From assembly GCF_001194135.2 (NCBI RefSeq), contig NC_068983.1:11058011-11122010 (forward strand): a DNA stretch of 64,000 nt, in the 5' to 3' direction. Shown piece after piece: positions 40,950-50,790 of the stretch. The position numbers were made by a program, and so were the translations under genes. The notes beneath the pieces were generated by a model. The model ran no database searches. It saw only the letters and a program-made list of their open reading frames with translations, and was not told where the DNA came from. The first letter of the stretch is position 1. Every line of letters starts with the position of its first letter. Origin of the DNA: Octopus bimaculoides (lineage: Eukaryota).

Positions 40950-41222
40950 GTGGTGGTAGTAGTAGTAGTAGCAATAGTATTAATAATAACAACAACAACA
41001 ACAACAACAGTAACACCAACAGCCATCATTATCATCACCACCACCACAGCAACAACAACAATTCCTCCTCTCCAATCCCTTCACCTGCCAATTCCTCAGC
41101 ACTGTCTACCCAACAGCAGCAGTTGCGTCCATCTGTGATAACTTGTGCCTTCGCCAATAGATATACGAACATGACTACCTTTGTACAGCCACATAGTCCA
41201 AGCCGTCGAGAACTTACATCAG
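40738..41222 (+). CDS. VGLL4: VGLL4/Tgi-like transcription cofactor, first visible coding exon (in-frame ATG at 40781; the 5' 43 nt are open and may be coding or UTR)
   Basis: Polypyrimidine acceptor ttttcttttttttcag ends at 40737; donor G|GTGAGT at 41223. Translation includes ENLPLNLSV, poly-N/S/H tracts and QQQQLRPSVITCAF, matching the QQNRPSVITCAS segment of vertebrate VGLL4 (recalled). Splices in phase 1 to the next exon. Confidence 0.88.
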
Positions 41223-41348
41223 GTGAGTCAAAATTTCACAACTTACTATTGTTACATGCAATGTATTGTACATTTAAGCATACAACATCTAACATCAAAA
41301 TATTAAAATTCCCTTTTTATTCTATTTTGTTACATTTATTCTTTAAAA

Positions 41349-41730
41349 GTGGAGGCGCAATGGCCCAGTGGTTAGGGCAGCGAACTCGCTGTCATAGGGT
41401 CGCGGTTTTGATTCCCAGACCGGGCATTGTGAGTGTTTATTGAGCGAAAACACCTAAAGCTCCACAAGGCTCCGGCTGGGGATGGTGGCGAACCCTGCTG
41501 TACTCTTCCACCACAACTTTCTCTCACTCTTACTTCCTGTTTCTGTTGTGCCTGTAACTCAAAGGGTCAGCCTTGTCACACTGTGTCACGCTGAATATCC
41601 CCGAGAACTACGTTAAGGTTATATGTGTCTGTGGAGTGCTCAGCCACTTGCATGTTAATTTCACGAGCAGGCTGTTCCGTTGATCTGATCAACTGGAACC
41701 CTCGACGTCGTAAGCGACGGAGTGCCAACA
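41349..41730 (+). mobile_element. SINE family D (tRNA head ggaggcgcaatggcccagtggttagggcagcg); also 46079-46384 (+), 19508-19805 (-), 3' fragment ~6100-6270
   Basis: A/B boxes and high identity among copies. Confidence 0.85.
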
Positions 41731-42142
41731 GCAAATTCTTTAAGGGTACAGACGTGTCTGTATAGTTGAGAGGTTTGCTTCCCAGCAACATAGTTCCTAG
41801 TTTGGTCCCACTGTGTGGCACCTTGGACAAGTATCTTCCGCTATGGCCTCAGGTCAACCAAAGACTTGTGAGTGGATCTGGTAGATGGAAACTGAAAGAA
41901 GCCCATTGTGTGTGTGTATGTGTGTGAATAAATACTCTTTTACTTGTTTCAGTCATTTGACTGCGGCCATGCTGGAGCACCGCCTTTAGTCGAATCAAAT
42001 CGACCCTAGGACTTATTCTTTGTAAGCCTAGTACTTATTCTATTGCGCTCTTTTGCCGAACCGCTAAATTACGGGGACGTAAACACACCAGTATTGGTTG
42101 TCAAGCGATGTTGTGGGGACAAACACAGACACACAAACACAT

Positions 42143-42179
<37 letters not shown>

Positions 42180-43420
42180 CGACTGGCCTCTTTCAGTCTC
42201 TGTCTACCAAATCCACTCACAAGGCTTTGGTCAGCCCGAGGCTATCGTAGAAGACATTTGCCCAAGGTGCCACGCAGTTGGATTGAACCCAGAACCATGT
42301 GGTTGGTAAGCAAGCTACTTACCACACAGCCACTCCTGCGCCTATAATAGATAGATGTGTGTTTGTTTGTGTGTGTGTGTGTATGTATGAGTGTTAGTGT
42401 CTCTTTGTCTTAGCATTGTGATAGTTGTAAGTGAGTGTTACCATCATACAACTGGTGTCCATCATTTCCAGTCTTCCTTGGAAACATGTCTGACTGTAGA
42501 GAAATATTACCTCACTTGGAAACAGGTGAAGGTTGGCAACAGCAAGGGCAGCCTACTGTAGAAAATCAGCCTCAGAAAATTCCATCAAAACCCATTTGAA
42601 CATGGAAAAGGGGACATTAGAATATTGATGGTGATGGTAGTGGTGAACTGAATTATTGATAGTTGTCATAGACACTTCACTGCTAAATATGGCAAGCAGC
42701 AAAATTTCAACCAATTTTACTTCACTGACTCAACCAGCTACAACTTGCATTTCAAAGAAATATAATTTTAATCTAGATATCTAGTGTCATCACTCGTTTC
42801 TTTCTACTCGTGTCTGCCAGTTCTTCATCCATTTCTCTGCTTGCCAAAAAGCTTACAGACTTTTTCTGTGTTACAAATGGCTATTCATCATGATACACTA
42901 TACAACATAATTAAAGAGCTGCGGCAGAGAAACAGTTATAAATTCAAGAGTATAGACATTTGTCTATATAAGAGCTCTTCAGTCTATAAATCATGCTGAA
43001 ATTGGCAACATTCCACAAGTGCCCAGGTAAATACACTTACACACCCAGGTGTGTATGTACACACACAAAGGCATATATAGTTGTTTCTGCCTGCACATAC
43101 AACTTTTGTACTTATATATTAACTTCTATTACTGTGATAATTTGTAAATGTGTAGATATATATCATGTGTGTTTAAGTATGTACCCATATGTACATTCTA
43201 CATGAAAAGTATTTTTATTTGCGGTAATTTGCATATATACATATTTTATGATTTCATTTAAGCATAGCAAAACTAATAACCAGTTGTTAAAACTTGATAT
43301 ATCTCTGCTTCAGTGTAAAGTGTTAGGCAGGTACAGAGCATAATATTAATTAATATATGACAAATGAACAGGACATTATTTACATTTGACAGATATTTGT
43401 CCTCATCTTGTTTTGTTGTT

Positions 43421-43466
43421 AACACAACGTATCGGCTGATATACCCTCCAGCCTTCATCAGGTGTC
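43421..43466 (-). ncRNA. Minimal type I hammerhead, core point-mutated (GAUA instead of GAAA)
   Basis: Minus strand reads GACAC-CUGAUGA-A-GGCUG..CAGCC-GAUA-CG-UU-GUGUU: stem I GACAC/GUGUU, stem II GGCUG/CAGCC, palindromic ACGU stem III, GUU triplet; conserved A14 replaced by U (43431). Confidence 0.65.
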
Positions 43467-43539
43467 TTGGGGAAATTTCGAATCTGGGTTCTCATTCCTA
43501 AGGTATTTTTCGATGTTGTTGTTATAATCATCATCATTA

Positions 43540-43571
<32 letters not shown>

Positions 43572-43801
43572 GTTATTGTTATTATTATTTTTCAGGTCGC
43601 TGCCTGGAATCAAACTTGAAATCTTGGGGTTAGTAGCCCGCACTCTTAACCACTATGCCATATGCCCGTGGGCATAGTGGTTAAGAGCGCAGGCTACTAA
43701 CCCCAAGATTCCGAGTTCAATTCCAGGCAGTGACCTGAATAATAATAACAACATCAAAAAATACCTTAGGAATGAGAACCCAGGTTCGAAATTTCCCCCA
43801 A

Positions 43802-43844
43802 GACACCTGATGAAGGCTGGAGGGTATATCAGCTGAAACGTGTT
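43802..43844 (+). ncRNA. Minimal type I hammerhead, core intact but cleavage site and stem I 3' strand disrupted by a 3-nt deletion
   Basis: GACAC 43802-06, CUGAUGA 43807-13, stem II GGCUG/CAGCU, GAAA 43835-38, then CGUGUU instead of the CGUUGUGUU seen in the other arm. Confidence 0.6.
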
Positions 43845-44489
43845 AACAAACAAGATGAGGACAAATATCCGTCAAATGTAAATAATGTAAATAATTCCTC
43901 GTCTCTTAAATATAGAACTGTATTAAATGAACAGGAGTTGTGTAATCACCTTCGTTAGTTTACTGTTGTTTCTGCAATAAGATTCAGAGCTGAATGCTTG
44001 TGCAGCATCCTATAACTACCAGCAAAAGTTACATAGTGACTCAAGAGACCAAGAGTTTCGGCTCCTATCAAAGATTGATTACTGCCATTGCCAACTATCA
44101 CTAGACTCTTTGAAACCTAGCTGTGATACAATTTCTTCTTGAGAAGGATTTGACTGCTACATCTATAAATCAATCAACCACTTAGTGGCTCCTTCTTTGA
44201 CTCAGCATCATCTTTGTTCTAGCACTAGGTTACCAAACTTTTACTATTTCCAGTGGTCAGCAATATTTATTTTATAACTTTAGATGCTGCCAGATGGTTC
44301 CCTGCACCAAGAACATTTAAATATTTGCTTGCCACCCAGAACATTTCACTTGATATCCATCCTTCATCCTGAATACCCTTCTCTCCACCCACATTTTACA
44401 TAAATCACGACCCCTCTCTGAGCCACTAAATTATCTCTCCTTCTCCATTATCGTACATTTCTCACCCTCCCATACACTATACCTGCCTT

Positions 44490-44590
<101 letters not shown>

Positions 44591-46381
44591 CTTTCCCTGT
44601 TTACTGTATCACTTACCATTCTGCTGCTCTTCACACCCTCTTTTCTGTGCTGTCAGTCATCTCCTACTCTCCCCCACCTTTCCACAACTCAAGCATATTT
44701 GTTCTTCATTCATTATATTCACACACACCTTACCCATTCTCCATTTCGTAATACATACACACTCGCACAACAGGATTCTTTCAGTTTCCATGTAGCAAAT
44801 CCACTTACAAGGCCCAAGGCTATTGTAGAAGATACTTACCTAAGATGCAGTACAGTTGGATTGAACCCAAGGCGTCATGGCTGGGAAGCAAATTTCCTAA
44901 CTACACAGTCACGCCTGTACTTATGTGTGTTGAAATAGTTATATCTGTGTTGTTTTTTTTTCTCTCTCAGAAGAAATTATTATCCAAAATTTTATGAGTT
45001 AGTACTTCCATAAACTAGTAAAATGTGAGAAGAATGTTGTGGTTATGAATGTGAAAGAAAACTACACCATGTAGAAGTGGTGAGACTAATTGTAAGTTAA
45101 CTGGAATACTATTCAGTATTAGGTTTGGTATTTAAAGATGTAGTGTCAGTCATGTTCATAGCTGAATGTAGGGGTGTATTTGAAGCAGTGTGTTTGGTGA
45201 TATTTGGAGCTGGAGTTTAGGTAGTGGTAGTGGTGGTGGTGTCAATGACAAACTGAGGCAGTCTGGAGTAATATAATTATTATGGTTAACTAGTTTTCAG
45301 ATGGATTGCTCAAATTGTCACTCATCTAAGAACTGTGCTTGCTTGTCTTACCAATGCCTTAACTTCTGTAAGCTGACAAAAAAAAAAAAAATTCTGTATT
45401 TTCAGCATCAATCGTTATGGCATAAATTCTTCATTTAGGGTATCTTGTTGTTTTTGCCGTTTTTCTCCTTCTCTGAAGCGAGCATATTTCCATATAAAAC
45501 GTAACTGAATACTTTAGCTCATTATATCAAGAATGCCATGTATGTTCACTGGTATTTAGTACCGCTCTGAAATGGTTATCCTGAGAATTTGTATTGAGAA
45601 ACTGTAAACTACAGGAATTTCTTTCCTTCCTTCTTTCTTTCTTTACTGCCACCTACCTTACCAACAGCATCCAAAAGACCTTCGTTAAAATTTGTCAGAT
45701 GTTGTTTTAACCCTTGCTACACTAATTATATATCATGCTTCAAGACTTACTCATCCACTTCCTTGTTGTTTTCCTGTTTTGTCTTTACACTTCACACCTG
45801 AATTTTTTTTATTATTTTATCTTATTTTATTTATTATTTTAAGAGAAATGAAGGTGGCTCTAGAATGAACCAGGCTTAAGAAGTATTACCTAAAATGTAA
45901 AATGCATAGCAGTACATTGGCTGCTACGAGCATAGTTGAAAATAAGACTGAATATTTTCCCCCGACTGTTTTGCATTTTTACATGTTTGCATAAATGAAC
46001 TGGTTGGTTGTTGTCAAATTAGATGTTTGCATATTACTTCAAGAAAGACATTTTTGCAATGGAGTACCTCTCCAGTGTGGAGGCGCAATGGCCCAGTGAT
46101 TAGGGCAGCGGACTCGCGGTCATAGGATTGCGGTTTCGATTCCCAGACCGGGCGTTGTGAGTGTTTATTGAGCGAAAACACCTAAAGTTCCACGAGGCTC
46201 TGGCAGGGGATGGTGGAGAACCCTGCTGTACTCTTTCACCACAACTTTCTCTCACTCTTTCTTCCTGTTTCTGTTGTACTTGTATTTCAAAGGGCCTACC
46301 TTGTCACACTCTGTGTCACACTGAATTACCCCAAGAACTACGTTAAAGGTACACGTGTCTGTGGAGTGCTCAGCCACTTGC

Positions 46382-46748
46382 ACGAAATCGTGATGGCACC
46401 TGTGCCCAGCGTCGCCTTCCTGGCACTTGTGCCGGTGGCACGTGTAAAGACATTCGAGCAAGATCGTTGTCAGTGCCGCCGGACTGGCTCCTGTGTAGGT
46501 GGCACATAAGATACACCATTTTGAACGTGGCCGTTGCCAGTACCACCTGACTGGCCTTAGTGCCAGTGGCACATAAAAGCACCCACTACACTCTCTGAGT
46601 GGTTGGCGTTAGGAAGGGCATCCAGCTGTAGAAACTCTGCCAAATCAGATTGGAGCCTGGTGTAGCCATCTGGTTCGCCAGTCCTCAGTCAAATCGTCCA
46701 ACCCATGCTAGCATGGAAAGCGGACGTTAAACGATGATGATGATGATG
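46382..46748 (+). mobile_element. Retroposon family C with modular tandem 5' units and (GAT)n tail; other copies + 23845-24450, 27243-27448, 36733-36890; - 48566-49020, 52315-52880, 63262-63555
   Basis: Shared 3' body aagcacccactacactct..gagtggttggcgttaggaagggcatccagctgtagaaactctgcc..ggacgttaaacgatgatg; variable ggcac(g/a)taaaa..caccatt modules. Confidence 0.85.
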
Positions 46749-47098
46749 TATGAAACAAGGGTTAACTAAAATACTCAAAACAAGCATGGATGTTTGGGAG
46801 AAACATGAAAAGGGACAGGTAAAGGGTTAATAAATGGCTCTATCAAAGTTACATAATCTATTTATGAAAACTAAATATGGTTTTACTATTCAGTTAACCA
46901 ATGAAGTCGTAAAAGTATGAAGCTTACCAAGCTTTCAATATCTGGAATATGCTGGGTGTCTGAGTTCTTCAAATTTTTCAACAGAACGGGTTAACCATTC
47001 TATTAGTGAATGCCTCATCTGTCTCATATACTGTTGAGAACATTTTTGAGATCCTACAATTACAGAAAATCTGAAATGTATTTGTTACCATTTTACAG

Positions 47099-47215
47099 GT
47101 ATGTGTGATCCAGAGGAGCATTTTCGTCGGTCCTTAGGAAAGGACTATAAGAAATTAAACCGCCAATCTCCTGTTCCCATGACTAGAACCAAGATTACAG
47201 ATTCTGTGGCATCAG
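47099..47215 (+). CDS. VGLL4: VGLL4-like internal coding exon with TDU motif 1 (GMCDPEEHFRRSLGKDYKKLNRQSPVPMTRTKITDSVAS)
   Basis: Acceptor ccattttacag ends at 47098; donor G|GTAAG at 47216; 117 nt, phase 1-1, no stop. EEHFRRSLGKDY matches vertebrate VGLL4 TDU1 EEHFRRSLGKNY. Confidence 0.93.
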
Positions 47216-49029
47216 GTAAGCCCTTGCTCCTCTCTGAACTTCAGTAATATTTGTAATGTACTTTATGTATGTATACATCTATAGATATATACGTGCATGT
47301 ATATATATAAGAGTGTAAGCATGGCTGTGTGGTTAAAAAGTTTGCTTCCCAACTACATGGTTTTGAGTTCAATCCCACTGCATGGAACCATGGGCAAGTG
47401 TCTTCTACCCGTTCCAGCCTGACCAAAACCTTGTGAGTGGATTTAATAGACAGAAACTAAAAGGATCATTTCATGTATGTGTGTGTGTGTGTGTATACGT
47501 GCACATGTGCTTCTGTTTCAGTGTGTGTGTTTTAACATCTCACGTGTTTCTAGAAAAGTCACCAACATGTGGGTGATGTTCTCTGGTCAATCAATTATCC
47601 ACTCACTTGACACCTTCAAAGTTGCTTAGAATGAGATCCCTTACTCGAGAAACAAGTAAGAATTGATGATAGGAAAGGTATGGGGCTTTCAAACAGTGCC
47701 TCTATAACGTTCCTCTTACACATGTAAGCCTGGAAAAACATACATAACAGCAAATGAAATGGTTTAAAAATCTATGTAAATATATATATATATATATATA
47801 TATCAATTGTCATAAGTCTGAAAAAAAAGCAATCTCTAAAAATTTTCGAGCACTTACACATTTATGTATTCAAGTAGTGTATTTTTGGTTATGACAATAA
47901 CTGGTTTTGTGTCTTCTGTTGCCCAGTACAATCATCATCATCATGTCCGCTTTCCATGTTAGCATGGGTTGGACGATTTAACTGGGGACTGATGGACATT
48001 CTTGATTATTTCAACATATAAACATCCAGTTGTTTGATCAACTTTATAAACTTACTCATTGAATTTGCATGCCAAGTGGTTGAGTATTCCACAGACATAT
48101 GTCCCATTAATGTAATTTTCAGCAACACAGTATAACAAGGCTGGCCCTTTGAATTATAGGTACACTCCATCTAACAAGCTTCCTTACAGTTTCTGTGTAC
48201 TTGATTCTACTTACAAAGACCTGAGGCTATGGGTAAGACATGTGCCCCCCCCCCCATCCCAAGATGCCATGCAGTGAGATGGAACCCAGAACCTCACATT
48301 TGCAAAGTGAGCTTCTTAACCACTCAGACTTCCCTGTATACCATCTCCGAGTAATTAACCTCAATAGTTTATTTACTTCGTAATTCTCTCATCGTTACTT
48401 AAGTATAATAAAGTCATTCCTTCACTGAAGAGGTTATAATGTAACTATATCCAGAATTGTCTTTTGTACATGTTGAAGTGATTAAAATAATATTAGCTAA
48501 TGTTTGTATTTTTCTTATTACATAATTATTTCTAACTGGATTTTTAATACTCACTGCATTAAACATCATCATCATCATCGTTTAACATCCGCTCTCCATG
48601 CTAGCATGGGTTGGACGATTTAACTGAGGACTAGTGAAACCGAATGGCTACACCAGGCTCCAATCTGATTTGGCAGAGTTTCTACAGCTGGATGTCCTTC
48701 CTAACGCCAACCACTCCGAGAGTGTAGTGGGTGCTTTTACGTGCCACCGGCACAAGGGCCAGTCAGGTGGTTCTGGCAACAACCACGCTCAAAAGGTGTT
48801 TTTTATGTGCTACCTTGCACTGGAGCCAGTCTGGCGGCACTGGCAATGACCACACTCAAATGTTGTTTTTCATGTGCCACCAGCACATGTGCCAGTAGGG
48901 CAACTCTGGCAACAATCACACTCGAATGGTGCTTTTCACGTGCCACCAGTATGGAAGCCAATCCATGGCCCTGGCAATGGTCACGCTCGGATGTGCTTTT
49001 AACATTCCACTGGCACATGTGTATATGTA

Positions 49030-49065
<36 letters not shown>

Positions 49066-49449
49066 TTCTGCCTACCAAATTCACTCACAAGTTATTGGGC
49101 GGTCTGGGGCTATTGTAGAAAATACTTGGCTAAAATGACGCAGTGGAACTGGACCTGAAAGCACGTGGTTGCAAAGTGAGCTTCTTAACTACACAGCCAT
49201 GCTTGCTGTGATAGTTTTAGCATAATGTTTTTTGTTGGAGCATTTTTTTAATGGTTGGATACCCTTCTAACAACTCAACCATGAAGTTAGGAGTGGAACC
49301 TGATGTATATTTATTACGCAAACTCTAACAACAAGATTTTTGTGTTTATGTGCCTCCCCCAGTGGCTCTGATAGTAAGATTTGAACTCCTGACCATATTG
49401 TCTGCAGTTAGGCAAGTTGGCATCACAACCAATATGCTTATGTATTACT

Positions 49450-49865
49450 AAGTTAAAGAAGTGATTTTTAAATTCTCAAACGCAGGATAATGCTAATAAT
49501 ATAGCCTGAACAGGATAAGCTACCCCTATTTTGCAGAAAAATGTGTTGGCGGTCAGCTATGAGACCCAAACTCACACCTCCGTGATTACGCGTCGCAGTG
49601 CTCTAGGCCGATTAAGCTAAACTGCCCTCACCACAAATTCTTCTGCAAATTTAAGATGTATAGAAATCTCGCTTTATGAGACGCTATCATACGTTAAATT
49701 CAAATTACGATGAACGTAAACAAACAAAGTTTGCTTTTAGAAGCGTTGAGATGTCTGAGAAAGTTAAAGAAGTGATTTTAAATTCTCAAACGCAGGATAA
49801 TGCTAATAACATAGCCTGAACAGGATAAGCTACCCCTATTTTGCAGAAAAAAGTGTTGGCAGCCA
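49450..49865 (-). mobile_element. Second copy of the tRNA-Thr-derived element, with a ~100-bp direct terminal repeat (unit 311 bp)
   Basis: agttaaagaagtgatt...gtgttggc repeats at 49451 and 49762; shares tatcctgttcaggctatattattagcatta and tttagcttaatcggc with 2278-2666; anticodon-like CGT (Thr). Confidence 0.75.
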
Positions 49866-50386
49866 GCTTTCAACACTGTACAATAAGTAGTTTTGCTCTT
49901 AGTTCCTCATACATTCACAAACTCTCCACTGCCATTGGTGCTTTCTGATATCTTTATAATATTGTTGCATGACTTTGTTTCAGTGAACAGCAGTGATAAC
50001 GAACCTGTTGGAACCTGTAGTGAGCGGCTTGTCCTATTGACAACACAAGAAAACAGCCGTAAGTTTCAATTAGAATTTCACTCTTTTTCTTTTTTTTCCA
50101 CGTTTTGGCTGAGGTATCAAAAGAATACTTTGCTTTTCTTTCAATATTCTTACTGCATTATTGTGTTATTCAGGCATTAAAGGCAGATGGTCCGACTGTT
50201 AACTGAAAGGAAATGAGTATGGTCTAGCTCACTGGACCTCAACCACTCTTTGCCTATGGACTCCTTTGATTCCTATTTTATTCTATTGGCTCCCCCCTCC
50301 CCCTAGCCATTTGATTTTCAAAAAGTCCCATCATATTTTTTTTATAATTAAATATTATTAGGAATTGTATAAAAAATTACTATATA

Positions 50387-50790
50387 GGCATAGGAGTGGC
50401 TGTGTGGTAAGTAGCTTGCTTACCAACCACATAGTTCTGGGTTCAGTCCCACTGCGTGGCACCTTGGGCAAGTGTCTTCTACTATAGCCTCGGGCCGACC
50501 AAAGCCTTGTGAGTGGATTTGGTAGACGGAAACTGAAAGAAGCCCGTCGTATATATGTATATATATATATGTGTGTGTGTATATGTTTGTGTGTCTGTGT
50601 TGTCCCCCCCCCCCAACATCGCTTGACAACTGATGCTGGTGTGTTTATGTCCCCATAACTTAGCGGGGACAATAGAATAAATACTAGGCTTACAAAGAAT
50701 AAGTCCTGGGATTGATTTGCTTGACTGAAGGCAGTGCTCCAGCATGGCCGCAGTCAAATTACTGAAGCAAGTAAAAGAGTAAAAGAGAGT
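50387..50790 (+). mobile_element. SINE family A (tRNA head, CORE-like gcaccttgggcaagtgtctt, internal TA/TG microsatellite); representative of ~20 copies, e.g. + 10573-10932, 14553-14925, 32055-32820, 38288-38770; - 11310-11715, 13660-13940, 34655-35045, 41935-42341, 51481-51880, 62040-62420, 63688-63876
   Basis: Many near-identical dispersed copies in both orientations with ggttcagtcc B-box-like motif and (aagagta)n tail. Confidence 0.9.

Larger units (their letters stand above)
43373..43888. mobile_element. Head-to-head palindromic pair of tRNA-headed SINE-like units, each carrying a hammerhead-like motif, in a VGLL4 intron
   Basis: Arms are reverse complements apart from an expanded (TAT)n tract in the left arm; short centre near 43660-43670. 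Each arm begins with an A-box (GGCATAGTGG) and B-box (GAGTTCAATTCC on +) facing outward, followed by GACAC-CTGATGA...GAAACG. Confidence 0.85.

Noticed and set aside
35809-43500. Scattered CATTCC/GGAATG TEAD motifs suggesting feedback regulation of VGLL4
   Set aside because: Six-mers at about chance frequency, several inside repeats; no clustering.
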